Below, piece after piece: positions 15,698 through 23,516 of a DNA stretch of 24,174 nucleotides. The DNA is from a virus (Duplodnaviria; Caudoviricetes). Location: the IMG/VR virus record IMGVR_UViG_3300025635_000149, positions 1 through 24,174 of that record; one strand, written 5' to 3'. The translations under genes were made by a program, and so were the position numbers. The notes beneath the pieces are model-generated. The model did not search any database. It was given only the letters and a program-made list of their open reading frames with translations, and was not told the DNA's origin. The first letter of the stretch is position 1, and each line of letters begins with the position of its first letter.

Positions 15698-17446
15698 TCA
15701 CCGTCCCGCTCCCACCCGGTAAGCATCGGTCATCACGCCGAACTGCGTTGCTTGTGCCTGTGCCGTGTTCTTCGCGGTTTCGGATTGCGTCTTTTCGACC
15801 TGCGCCTGCTTACCGGCCAGTTCCAGTTGCTGCGCCATAACCTGTTCTTCGGACGGGCCTTGCTGCATCAACTGCAGGAGCTTGTCCTTGTCCCGCAGGC
15901 TCGATGCTTCAATCAGGACCATCGGCGGAATCTGGATGCCCGACTGCGCCAATTGCACAAGCTCGCTGAATTGCTCAGCCGCGATGGTCGGTGTGTCGAT
16001 CCCCTCGCCCACGATAATATCCACGTCAAGCTCGGCAACACTGTTCTCGATAACCACCTGCCCCGTCATCGGGTCCATCACGGGCTGGTTAAGTCCGATA
16101 AACTGCAGGTTGTTCTGATCGTCGGTTATGCGAATCCACCGTTCCGCCGTCCAGTATTGACGAATCCTGCCCCACACCGAACGATAGACCGCAACCGAAA
16201 GGATGCGAACCGCGTCAAGGTAGCTCGAACTCTCGACAATCCCGCCTTGCTGCTGGGCAATGATCGCCCGCCCCGACTGGCCGCTGGTGTCCTTGCCCGC
16301 CAAGGCGTTGTTCGCCCCGGTGCGGTGGATGTGTTCCCTTGCGTCCTGGAGCAAGTTGAGATTGCCCAAGGCCATGTCGTTTGTCTGCAGGACTTCGACA
16401 TCGCCCGGTTCGCCAACAAACACCCCGTCGGGCTTGGCCAGTTCCTCCCTTGCCTTATTGGGGTCCATCCCTGTCGCCGGGGATACACGAACTTGCCTTT
16501 GGCTTATCAGGTGCAGCGCCTTGCTGCGGCGCTTGTTCACTTCGTCCTGCGGGCTTATGAAGCCGCGCACTTCGCCATAACGGTTGTTGTCGCGGTCGAT
16601 GTAAAGCGACACCGCCTTGATCGGGCATTCCGGGTCGCCATCGGCGTCAAGGTAGGGGCTGTCGGTCGGTTCTTTCACGAACCCGCCGCCCGTCAGCATA
16701 CAGAACTTCCAGCCGCCTTCCTTGTAATAATGCTCTATCAACCTGACGCGGCGGCGCTTGTAATCGGCCCACCTGCCAGCCTTGGGCTTGTCGCTGAATG
16801 TGTTGCCGTCCTTGGCGTCAAGCCATGTCCCTTCGAGCACATCCTTGGCGTCGGGATACTTCCGCAGCGCGTCCTCAAGGTCCATCCATATAACCGTGCC
16901 CATGAACAGGGCATCGCTGAAGTCCAGCTCGCTTGAGGCGGGGTCGTAATAGAACCTGTCCCAAGGGATGCGCCTGATGTCGGGATCAAGCGTAATCGGC
17001 TGCATCGCAGTTGTGCCGAGCATCTGCGACTTCGAAACCTTGGCCTTCTTTGCCCCGACCATGATGGCGCAGGTGCCTTCGACCGCAAGGTTATCCGCAG
17101 CCCTGGACCGCTTGTCATCCCAGTTGCTATCTTCGCAGACATACCGGATGGCATCGGTGGCAGCATGGGCCGCACCTTCGTCATTCGGTGTGCGGGGCAA
17201 TGCCTTCGGGTCTTTGCGGGTCTGCTTTTCCAGCCCAAGCATCGTGTTGACCTTGGGCTTGATCTCATTAAAAACCACAATCGGCTGGCCGCGCTTCTTG
17301 AGCGCAGCTTCCTCGGCATCGGTTAGCTGTTTGCCGTCAAGGTAGTCGCGGTCCCGCTCGCATTTCTCGCGCGCATCGCGGGTTGCGTCCTCGCTGTCCT
17401 CGAACTGGCGAAGATATGGGATGTGGTCGGTTACAGGGTTTTCCAA
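15698..17446 (-). CDS. Portal protein (P22-like)
   Basis: 582 aa after terL with DRDYLDGKQ, RGQP.VVFN.I, YGEVR...PQDEVNKRRSK and SGRAIIAQQQGG motifs, plus a Gln-rich C-terminal barrel helix. Confidence 0.93.
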   Translation of the reverse strand: MENPVTDHIPYLRQFEDSEDATRDAREKCERDRDYLDGKQLTDAEEAALKKRGQPIVVFNEIKPKVNTMLGLEKQTRKDPKALPRTPNDEGAAHAATDAIRYVCEDSNWDDKRSRAADNLAVEGTCAIMVGAKKAKVSKSQMLGTTAMQPITLDPDIRRIPWDRFYYDPASSELDFSDALFMGTVIWMDLEDALRKYPDAKDVLEGTWLDAKDGNTFSDKPKAGRWADYKRRRVRLIEHYYKEGGWKFCMLTGGGFVKEPTDSPYLDADGDPECPIKAVSLYIDRDNNRYGEVRGFISPQDEVNKRRSKALHLISQRQVRVSPATGMDPNKAREELAKPDGVFVGEPGDVEVLQTNDMALGNLNLLQDAREHIHRTGANNALAGKDTSGQSGRAIIAQQQGGIVESSSYLDAVRILSVAVYRSVWGRIRQYWTAERWIRITDDQNNLQFIGLNQPVMDPMTGQVVIENSVAELDVDIIVGEGIDTPTIAAEQFSELVQLAQSGIQIPPMVLIEASSLRDKDKLLQLMQQGPSEEQVMAQQLELAGKQAQVEKTQSETAKNTAQAQATQFGVMTDAYRVGAGR

Positions 17447-18891
17447 TTCCGTCCGCCCCCTTCGTCTTCGAATACGCTATCCCAGCCGTCGCGGGCCTTC
17501 TTGCGCGGTGCCGCGCTCACAATCGCCGGATGCGCCGTGTCTATCGCCCGCCCAATCATGCTTGCCGTGTCAACTTCGTCATCATGCTTGCCTGCGGGAA
17601 AAACGAGATATTCGCTCAAGTCCGCCCCCGGTTCGAAATAAACCCGCCCGCTTGCCGCCATGGCCTGAAAGCTCCTTGCCCTGGTCGGCTTGTCATGGAC
17701 GCTGGGAAGCCATTCCAAGCGGCAGAACGCCTTGCGCTCGCGCATTCGCCTCTTCAGCATCGGCTCGACAGCCTTCTGGATTACCCCGCCTTCGCCAAAC
17801 CATGCAAAGGGCTTGTATTTGTCAATCAGGTCCAGCTTGCGCTCGATCCATTCGTCAGAGCTGGTTTGCCCCCGCCAGCCATCGACGCGATACACATCGC
17901 CGCTCGCGTCAATTCCCCATACGCGGTGGACTGTGTAGTCCCCAGCACCATCGGTGACCGCGTAATCGCTTGTCCCATAATATCGCAGCGATGGAAGCTC
18001 TTGCCATTCCTTGAACCAAGCCCGCTGGAAAAACGTGCCTTCGTCGGGTTGCGGCTGCTGCTGGTAAAGCGCGGACCATTCGCGCGAGCCAATCGTGGCC
18101 TTGATCCGCTGCAGCGTTTCCTCGTCATACCATTCAGGCCAAAGCGCCTTGTCGTCCTTGTCGAGCGCGGGAAGCTCGAGCACCTCCCACTGGTCGCCTT
18201 CCTGTTCCAGTAATCGACCGGCAAGGTCGTCCTCGTGCCAGCGTGTCTGGATTAGCACGATCCGCCCGCCCGGCATTAAGCGCGTAAACAGGGTTGAACG
18301 ATACCAATCCCAAACCACCTCACGACGGCGCTCGCTGTCGGCTTCCTCGCGGTCCTTGAACGGGTCGTCGATCAGCGCAATGTGCGCGCCGCGTCCAGTA
18401 ACCGCCGTTCCTACGCCTGCGGCAACGTATGAACCGCCCCTGTTCGTATTCATGCGGTTTGCCGCCTGGCTATCGGACGCCAGCGTAACGCCGGGAAATA
18501 TCTCACCGAACTCCCTGTCCGCGACAATGTTGCGGACGTGCCTGCCAAAGTCGGAGGCAAGGTCGCTGTTGTAGCTCGCCGCGATAATCTGGCGCTGCGG
18601 ATCGCGCCCCAAACACCATGCAGGAAACCGCTTCGATGCCAGTTCCGATTTGCCGTGCCTTGGCGGCATGAATATCATTAAGCGGTCGATCTCACCCCGC
18701 TCGACTGCCTCCAGCTTGGCTGCAATCAGTTCGTGATGCCGCGCACGTTCGTAAAGCGGGTTTGTGTATTCAGTGAACCGAAGCAGGCTCCGCCTTGCTT
18801 GCGCCGCCCTTATCTCCGGCAGCGTTGGAAGCCTTTTCCGCAATGCGCTCAAGCGCGTCGAGTTCGTCTGCATCAAGGCTGTCGAGTTCAT
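17431..18891 (-). CDS. terL: Terminase large subunit
   Basis: Walker A MPPRHGKS, Walker B LIDDP, IQTRWHEDDL, and nuclease motifs TSDYA and HDDEVD. The exact start is uncertain (18891, 18873, 18852 or 18843). Confidence 0.96.
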   Translation of the reverse strand: MNSTALMQTNSTRLSALRKRLPTLPEIRAAQARRSLLRFTEYTNPLYERARHHELIAAKLEAVERGEIDRLMIFMPPRHGKSELASKRFPAWCLGRDPQRQIIAASYNSDLASDFGRHVRNIVADREFGEIFPGVTLASDSQAANRMNTNRGGSYVAAGVGTAVTGRGAHIALIDDPFKDREEADSERRREVVWDWYRSTLFTRLMPGGRIVLIQTRWHEDDLAGRLLEQEGDQWEVLELPALDKDDKALWPEWYDEETLQRIKATIGSREWSALYQQQPQPDEGTFFQRAWFKEWQELPSLRYYGTSDYAVTDGAGDYTVHRVWGIDASGDVYRVDGWRGQTSSDEWIERKLDLIDKYKPFAWFGEGGVIQKAVEPMLKRRMRERKAFCRLEWLPSVHDKPTRARSFQAMAASGRVYFEPGADLSEYLVFPAGKHDDEVDTASMIGRAIDTAHPAIVSAAPRKKARDGWDSVFEDEGGGRNWKTL

Positions 18892-19243
18892 AACGATGCG
18901 TCACCGTGCTTGTATTAGTTACAGCGATCTTGTCGCCGTAACGCTGCGACCACTTTCCAATCAGCTTTAAGCGGGTTTCAATCCTGACCCTGCGGTCTTG
19001 GGGTTCCAATGTGGGGTCGTCCGCAATCTCGATACACTCGTCCGCCAAGGCATCACAACCAAGTTCACGCGCGCGCGCGGTTTGCGCGAATGCATCCTCA
19101 TCCTTGGCCAAATGATAGCGCAGGGTGCTTTCGCTAATCCCTACTGACCTGGCATAAGCGCGCAGGCTTATTCCTTCGGCCATTTTGAGGCAGGCATCTT
19201 CAATGATGTCCGGCGTAATATATGCGAGGCTAGTCTTCGCCAT
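18770..19243 (-). CDS. terS: Terminase small subunit
   Basis: N-terminal HTH (GISLRAYARSVGISESTLRYHL) and ARARELGCDALADECIEIADD..RIETRLKL..KW..RYGDK. GGAGG RBS; directly upstream of terL. Confidence 0.9.
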   Translation of the reverse strand: MAKTSLAYITPDIIEDACLKMAEGISLRAYARSVGISESTLRYHLAKDEDAFAQTARARELGCDALADECIEIADDPTLEPQDRRVRIETRLKLIGKWSQRYGDKIAVTNTSTVTHRYELDSLDADELDALERIAEKASNAAGDKGGASKAEPASVH

Positions 19244-19446
19244 GCTGCCTCCATGAATTAACCCGCCCCAACGCAGTCCACGCTTCTTGCCAGTATAGGC
19301 TTTGTGTGTGGTTCGTGGAGGTGGGGCGGGAGGGGCTTGCGCCCTATGGGATAGCCGGAGCGCACCGGGTGGAGGTGACGAACCCAGGCGCTCACGGCTA
19401 ACTGTGGAAAGGGGATCGGGCGCACCGCGCCATCATCTATTTCCTG

Positions 19447-19475
19447 CGCATAGCCAAACGCAGCCATTTTGTCAA
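19447..19475 (-). promoter_or_regulatory. Putative sigma70-type late promoter (pR'-like position)
   Basis: Minus strand TTGACA (19470-19475), 17-nt spacer, then TATGCG preceded by GC. It overlaps the stop of the upstream regulator-like gene and points into terS. The -10 match is weak. Confidence 0.6.
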
Positions 19476-19996
19476 TAAGCTAACCCGCGAAGCGGGGATA
19501 ACGCCTTTTCAAGCTGGTCGCGCCGGGCTTGGCTGTCTGCCAGTAGCATATCTAGCCAGTGCGGTCCGAAGTCTGGGTAGGGGTTGATTACAAGCTGGTC
19601 AAAGGCGCGGCGGTGATCGTGTCCCCAGCCATTGACGTATTTCAGCACATCCTCAAGCCAGTCCTGCCTGCGCTTTGCCCTGGCCTCGTCAATGTCGGTA
19701 ACGCTGCCATATGTCCGCTCGCCAAGTGTGCAGCCAATCTTGCCGTTTTCGTATGTTGCCCAATATGCGTTCGCTATCGTGCGGGCTGTATCGAGCAAAG
19801 CCTTTGCATCGCTGCCGCTCCCTAGCAGGCCAGCATGGTATGCCCTGCCGATTGCGTCGGTCCCGCTTGTGCCATAGATCGCCCGCATGGCCTGAACGCG
19901 CTCGGTCCCCTTGTCGAACGACGGGATTCCGGCGCGGGATAGCTGCCCGCTTTTGGTGCGCTTGCCCGGCTTGCGCTTGCGGCCTGTTCTAGCCAT
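19472..19996 (-). CDS. Hypothetical protein, possible late-gene regulator (Q-like position)
   Basis: Start moved to ATG 19996, giving 174 aa with a very basic N-terminus (MARTGRKRKPGKRTKSGQLSR). It is the last gene before the late promoter; function is inferred from position only. Confidence 0.65.
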   Translation of the reverse strand: MARTGRKRKPGKRTKSGQLSRAGIPSFDKGTERVQAMRAIYGTSGTDAIGRAYHAGLLGSGSDAKALLDTARTIANAYWATYENGKIGCTLGERTYGSVTDIDEARAKRRQDWLEDVLKYVNGWGHDHRRAFDQLVINPYPDFGPHWLDMLLADSQARRDQLEKALSPLRGLAY

Positions 19997-20231
19997 TGTG
20001 TTGCCCAAAACGTCGTTCGAGCGTTTCAATGTCCAGATGGTCGTAAACGTCCAGGCGCGCCCCCTTTGGCAGCTCCAATCGGTGCAGCGCCCACTTACCG
20101 CCCTCTGGCCGGATCGTATGCCGCACGTTGCTCCCGCGCCCAACCGAGAATTGATTAAGCTCATTGCAGAAGTGGACCAACCCTTCGCGCCCGACTGCCT
20201 TGTTCTCAATGGCTGTTGCCAGTTTCGCCAT
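19989..20231 (-). CDS. Hypothetical protein (80 aa)
   Basis: MAKLATAIENK..., ATG 20231 with a GGAGG RBS. Short overlaps with both neighbours. Confidence 0.6.
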   Translation of the reverse strand: MAKLATAIENKAVGREGLVHFCNELNQFSVGRGSNVRHTIRPEGGKWALHRLELPKGARLDVYDHLDIETLERRFGQHNG

Positions 20232-20961
20232 ATTGTCCCTCCACCAGTTTCGTGAATGATTTCGCCTGCAGGAAAAAATCGGGATCAGCCCGCCAGCCTG
20301 TTTTGTTGTCGCCGTGCATCCAGGTGTTTGTTTGCAGGGTGGCGAACGCTCGCTGCCAATCCTCCATATCGGGGTATTCGTTTTGGCGGACCTTGAATGC
20401 CCGCTTGCGCGCATCGGTTAGCTTGCGGATTTTCGATAGCCCGCAAGCTCCCGCGACTTCGTTCCAGCTATCAACAAAATCATTGACCGTAAAGGCGGGT
20501 GCATCGCCAGATGCACAAACACCTTTAGGTGTTAATTCTTTCTTCTTTCCCTTCTTCCCTTCTTCTTGTGTGTGCCCCGGCTGTGCCCCGGCTGTGCCCT
20601 TTCCGTGTCCCTGACTGTGCCCGTTGTCCTGATAATGTTCGTAATTGCAGATCGTTAGCAGTGTCCCTGACTGTGCCTTGGATGTGCCCACTTTTGACAC
20701 CCTTTCGAGCCGGTCAATGAACGTCCGAACGCGCTTTTTCGACCATCCCCAACTAGATGAAAGCGAGGCCAGCGAGACGTGGATTTGGCCACGTTCCACG
20801 GTTACATCTTCCCCCTTTGCGTTGCGGCGAACGGTAGCTTTCCAGGCTGTATTTTCAAGCAGCCAAAGCCATGCTTCATGCTCTGAGAAACAGGTCGAAG
20901 GCGCGAGCCCATCGGTATCGCGCCAGCCCCGCCAGAGCTTGATAAATCCATGATCAACCAT
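20206..20961 (-). CDS. Phage replication initiator (lambda O / replisome organizer-like)
   Basis: GFIKLWR, AWLWLL, ERGQ...S...L...WGWS..RVR.F..RLE winged-helix N-terminus; TICNYEHYQ; a repeat-encoded linker; and C-terminal GWRADPDFFL...KLVEGQY. Confidence 0.88.
   Translation of the reverse strand: MVDHGFIKLWRGWRDTDGLAPSTCFSEHEAWLWLLENTAWKATVRRNAKGEDVTVERGQIHVSLASLSSSWGWSKKRVRTFIDRLERVSKVGTSKAQSGTLLTICNYEHYQDNGHSQGHGKGTAGAQPGHTQEEGKKGKKKELTPKGVCASGDAPAFTVNDFVDSWNEVAGACGLSKIRKLTDARKRAFKVRQNEYPDMEDWQRAFATLQTNTWMHGDNKTGWRADPDFFLQAKSFTKLVEGQYGETGNSH
20530..20689. repeat. Iteron-like repeats with an adjacent purine/pyrimidine-skewed tract: probable replication origin
   Basis: TGTGCCC at 20571, 20582, 20593, 20616 and 20683; an exact 17-bp repeat GTGTCCCTGACTGTGCC at 20605 and 20661; and a T/C-rich tract at about 20536-20567. 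All lie inside the initiator gene, as for lambda ori. Confidence 0.7.
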
Positions 20962-21246
20962 CTAACCATCCAAAGCCTCCACGGTTCGCCATGATCGCAT
21001 CACATGGAAGCGCCCGCCGTGTTTTCTTGCGAGGTTCGTTGCATGGCTGTAGGCTAGGTGGATTTCGTCTGGACGGTAAACCCGCTTGGGCATATCGCCG
21101 TTCTCATTGAACACCATGAACACGCAATCCTCGCGGCGCGTGAACCGGGTCGGGTCATTATCAATTTCTTGCTGGGCTTCGCGCTTGCTTTCGCGCGGCA
21201 ATCTTAGAACCTTGCGTTTCGGTTCTTTCACAGGCATATCGTTCAT
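20962..21246 (-). CDS. Hypothetical protein (94 aa)
   Basis: GGAGG RBS; the stop codon abuts the initiator ATG. Confidence 0.7.
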   Translation of the reverse strand: MNDMPVKEPKRKVLRLPRESKREAQQEIDNDPTRFTRREDCVFMVFNENGDMPKRVYRPDEIHLAYSHATNLARKHGGRFHVMRSWRTVEALDG

Positions 21247-21251
21247 GCGGT

Positions 21252-21337
21252 CGCCTCCATTTCAGGCGGTTGAATTGGCGGGTCGAGCGCGCTAACGCTC
21301 CCCGCCGCCAACCTACACAAAATCACCCACTTTGCAA
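21252..21337 (-). promoter_or_regulatory. Possible promoter and structured leader of the replication genes
   Basis: TTGCAA-16 nt-TAGGTT, then hairpin GGCGGG-GAGCG-TTAGCG-CGCTC-GA-CCCGCC (21277-21306) and a CGCCT/AGGCG stem over the SD (21252-21268). Confidence 0.45.
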
Positions 21338-21338
21338 G

Positions 21339-21494
21339 TCACCAGCTCCTCCTGTAAGGGTCAAGGCTCGCCCGATCCTGCGCATACTGTTCGCGCCATT
21401 TGGCCCGCGCGGCCTCTTCTTCGTCCATGACTTGCCGCATGGTGCGGTGCCCTAGGCAGGGGAACGGTCCCTTGTGGGCTGTGGGGCGGGTCAT
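21339..21494 (-). CDS. Hypothetical protein (51 aa)
   Basis: MTRPTAHKGPFPC..., with an ATGA overlap at the upstream stop. Confidence 0.55.
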   Translation of the reverse strand: MTRPTAHKGPFPCLGHRTMRQVMDEEEAARAKWREQYAQDRASLDPYRRSW

Positions 21495-21742
21495 ACTGCG
21501 CCCTTGAATAAATGATGAAACGACTGCCATACGCTCCGCCCGTTAAATGCCCGCCGAATTATGTAAGACCGCGCGAGGCTTACCATCGTGTAGAAAACAC
21601 CAAGCGTCAGGTTGTCCCCAACTGAAATGTCCACATCGAGCACGAGCGGAATAATAATGAGGTTGGCCGCAAAGCTAACACCGATGCCAACCGCAATATT
21701 GCAGAGCGATTCCATAAAGCTATCGACGCGCGATTGGGTCAT
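21491..21742 (-). CDS. Small two-helix membrane protein (DUF7220-like, recalled as often adjacent to phage methyltransferases)
   Basis: MTQSR..S..ES..N..VG...S...N...P......N......T.VSL.RSY..RR.F pattern with two hydrophobic segments. The family name is from memory. Confidence 0.75.
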   Translation of the reverse strand: MTQSRVDSFMESLCNIAVGIGVSFAANLIIIPLVLDVDISVGDNLTLGVFYTMVSLARSYIIRRAFNGRSVWQSFHHLFKGAV

Positions 21743-21790
21743 ACTACATATCCGAAAGAGAGAATGCTTCCCTGTGGGTTTTGATGTGGG

Positions 21791-21898
21791 TTATGCGACT
21801 TGGGTGAATAACCCTCCCATATCCCGATCTATTTCTTTCAGGTTGCGGACAGCCTGCGCAAAATAGGATGGCTTCAACTCAATTCCGATGGCGTCCAT
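21791..21898 (-). pseudogene. C-terminal remnant of an N4/N6 DNA methyltransferase (35 codons)
   Basis: Hand translation MDAIGIELKPSYFAQAVRNLKEIDRDMGGLFTQVA. IGIELKPSYF..A..NL matches the strand and helix that follow the FxGxG motif at the C-terminus of beta-class MTases. TAATG overlap with the ibrA-like stop. Confidence 0.7.
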
Positions 21899-23088
21899 TA
21901 CGAGCCTTTCTTTAGACTAAGGTAGCGAGCATATGCTTCAGACTTTGGCTGGGTCAGGCCAAGTCCTTTGCACCACCAATCGTTACGCAATAACACTTTG
22001 CATAATCTCCGATAGGAAGGTGCCCAATGTTGATCTTCTAGCAACTTTGGTGCTTCATCCGGTATTTCAGTATATCCTCGGCCTCGCCAACCCTTAATCC
22101 AACCGCGAAAACGCGCAATGAAATGCTCTCGTGTTGGCTTTGGTAGGGACAGAAGCAAGAGGTTACAAAACGACTTCCAGGTATGCCCTTCAGGAAGGGC
22201 AATCTTGTTATACCCCATAATGTTGCCGGATTCTTGCACATAAAGCGCCATGGAATTGGCACCGTTGACCCGCGAAATTAGCTTGAACCAGGTCTGCGGC
22301 TCGAGAATGTGGTATAACCAAAGCCCCTTGCGTTGATCGTCTCCGTATGGCTGACAAAGTCTTTGTTGGCTTAACGGGACGCCCGCTTGCTGCATCAGAT
22401 CGTAAACGCGATTATGCGGCTTTTCGGGGAACTTGGCATGATAGCGCCAAATGTCTTGCGTTTTCCAGTCGTAGATTGGGTAAATGTTGTAAGTCTTCTC
22501 AACAATATGCGTAGTCCACCGCTTATCGCCGTGCATTTGCTTGTCAAAAACAGCGATAGTGCGAAAGCGATTCAGGCTTTCGTCGGCACGGATGCCTACA
22601 AAACCGCCGCAAGGCCTCCCTTCGCCATACCAAGCCCCAAACAAGACAACAAATTCCTCAAACTCCATCCCAGGCTCGAAAAACGGATAAAAAGCCGGAT
22701 CGGTTATAGATGCTGGCGCAGGACTTCTCACCCAAACATTCTCTTTCTCCGGCTCCCAACACATCCACTTTGGTTCGTAGTTAGTAACGGCATTCCTAAG
22801 GGACATGGGGAGACAAACCCAATGTAAATCTATGTGTTCAGCATAAAGCGAGACCATTTCCGCTAGGTGCTCTTCTGTCGCCCTATATTGCGCCTCAAGG
22901 TCGATGATTAGGACGCCAACCTTTCTGCCCCGCTTTATAGCTTCATCCATCACAAGGTGTAGCATGACGCTACTATCCTTCCCTCCAGAGAAGCTTACAT
23001 AAAGTTTTTCAAAATTGTCGAACGAATAGGCGATGCGCTGCCTAGCTGCATCCAGCACATTTTGTTCGCGGTAAATTTTCTTTGCCAT
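21898..23088 (-). CDS. ibrA: PAPS reductase-family / DUF3440 protein (IbrA/YbdN-like)
   Basis: PP-loop VSFSGGKDS, IDLEAQY, GIRADESLNR, YPIYDW, QRLCQPYG, RVNGAN and C-terminal SYRRLCKVLLRNDWWCKGL. Confidence 0.88.
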   Translation of the reverse strand: MAKKIYREQNVLDAARQRIAYSFDNFEKLYVSFSGGKDSSVMLHLVMDEAIKRGRKVGVLIIDLEAQYRATEEHLAEMVSLYAEHIDLHWVCLPMSLRNAVTNYEPKWMCWEPEKENVWVRSPAPASITDPAFYPFFEPGMEFEEFVVLFGAWYGEGRPCGGFVGIRADESLNRFRTIAVFDKQMHGDKRWTTHIVEKTYNIYPIYDWKTQDIWRYHAKFPEKPHNRVYDLMQQAGVPLSQQRLCQPYGDDQRKGLWLYHILEPQTWFKLISRVNGANSMALYVQESGNIMGYNKIALPEGHTWKSFCNLLLLSLPKPTREHFIARFRGWIKGWRGRGYTEIPDEAPKLLEDQHWAPSYRRLCKVLLRNDWWCKGLGLTQPKSEAYARYLSLKKGS

Positions 23089-23516
23089 CAGTAAAGCTCC
23101 GTCTGGGTTTTGCAGGCGGCGCTATCCAGCGTTAGCGGATCTTCGCCATGGTCTGTCATCCATTTGTTCAACGCCTTTAACGCCGTCTTGTCGGCCTCTA
23201 CCTGTTCAGCGTTAGTCAGCTTGAAATAGCCCCCGCAAAAGAATTTGGACACTCCTGTTTCAATACACATTGCGGCTTGCCCTAACCACGCAATACGATT
23301 CATGCGCTCATTAGTTAGGTAATGTTCACAGCTATGGGGCCACTCGCTCAAAACCCTATTAAGTGCAGCCTCAAAGCGCGGTGTATCACGTAAGAAGGTC
23401 GCATAAGCATCCCTGCATTCCTCAATTGTTTGCTCCTTTGCGGGTGGTTTGGGATTATAGAAACCAGCAGGAAAGCACTCCCACTTGTCCCAGGTGTGAT
23501 AAATCCTCTCCATCAT
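23088..23516 (-). CDS. Conserved hypothetical protein of the ibrAB-like cassette (142 aa)
   Basis: RIYHTWDKWEC..AGFY, W..SCEHYLTN..MNRIAWLGQAA. Coupled by ATGA upstream and TGATG downstream. Confidence 0.8.
   Translation of the reverse strand: MMERIYHTWDKWECFPAGFYNPKPPAKEQTIEECRDAYATFLRDTPRFEAALNRVLSEWPHSCEHYLTNERMNRIAWLGQAAMCIETGVSKFFCGGYFKLTNAEQVEADKTALKALNKWMTDHGEDPLTLDSAACKTQTELY

Noticed and set aside
15752-16936. 394-aa plus-strand ORF and other long plus-strand ORFs (e.g. 17383-18213, 12734-13441, 4424-5014)
   Set aside because: These are antisense shadows of well-supported high-GC minus-strand genes and show no recognisable motifs.
19068-19079. (CG)6 run in terS as a possible pac or Z-DNA signal
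   Set aside because: It is explained by the conserved ARAR peptide, and there is no independent evidence for a pac site.
19258-19467. 69-aa minus-strand ORF upstream of terS
   Set aside because: It starts inside the promoter spacer with no RBS. The region is better explained as a structured leader.
4057-20964. Five TAG stops followed in frame by the next gene (4063, 6533, 10833, 13322, 20962), suggesting amber recoding or read-through
   Set aside because: Three other TAG junctions (3298, 6966, 19989) are out of frame. No conserved gene is interrupted by TAG, each downstream gene has its own ATG, the MCP junction has two TAGs, and no suppressor tRNA is visible. The pattern is compatible with chance, although leaky read-through at 4063 is not excluded.
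21773-21792. Short direct repeat TGTGGGTT x2 after the methyltransferase remnant
   Set aside because: Only 8 bp in two copies, too little to call an operator or a target-site duplication.
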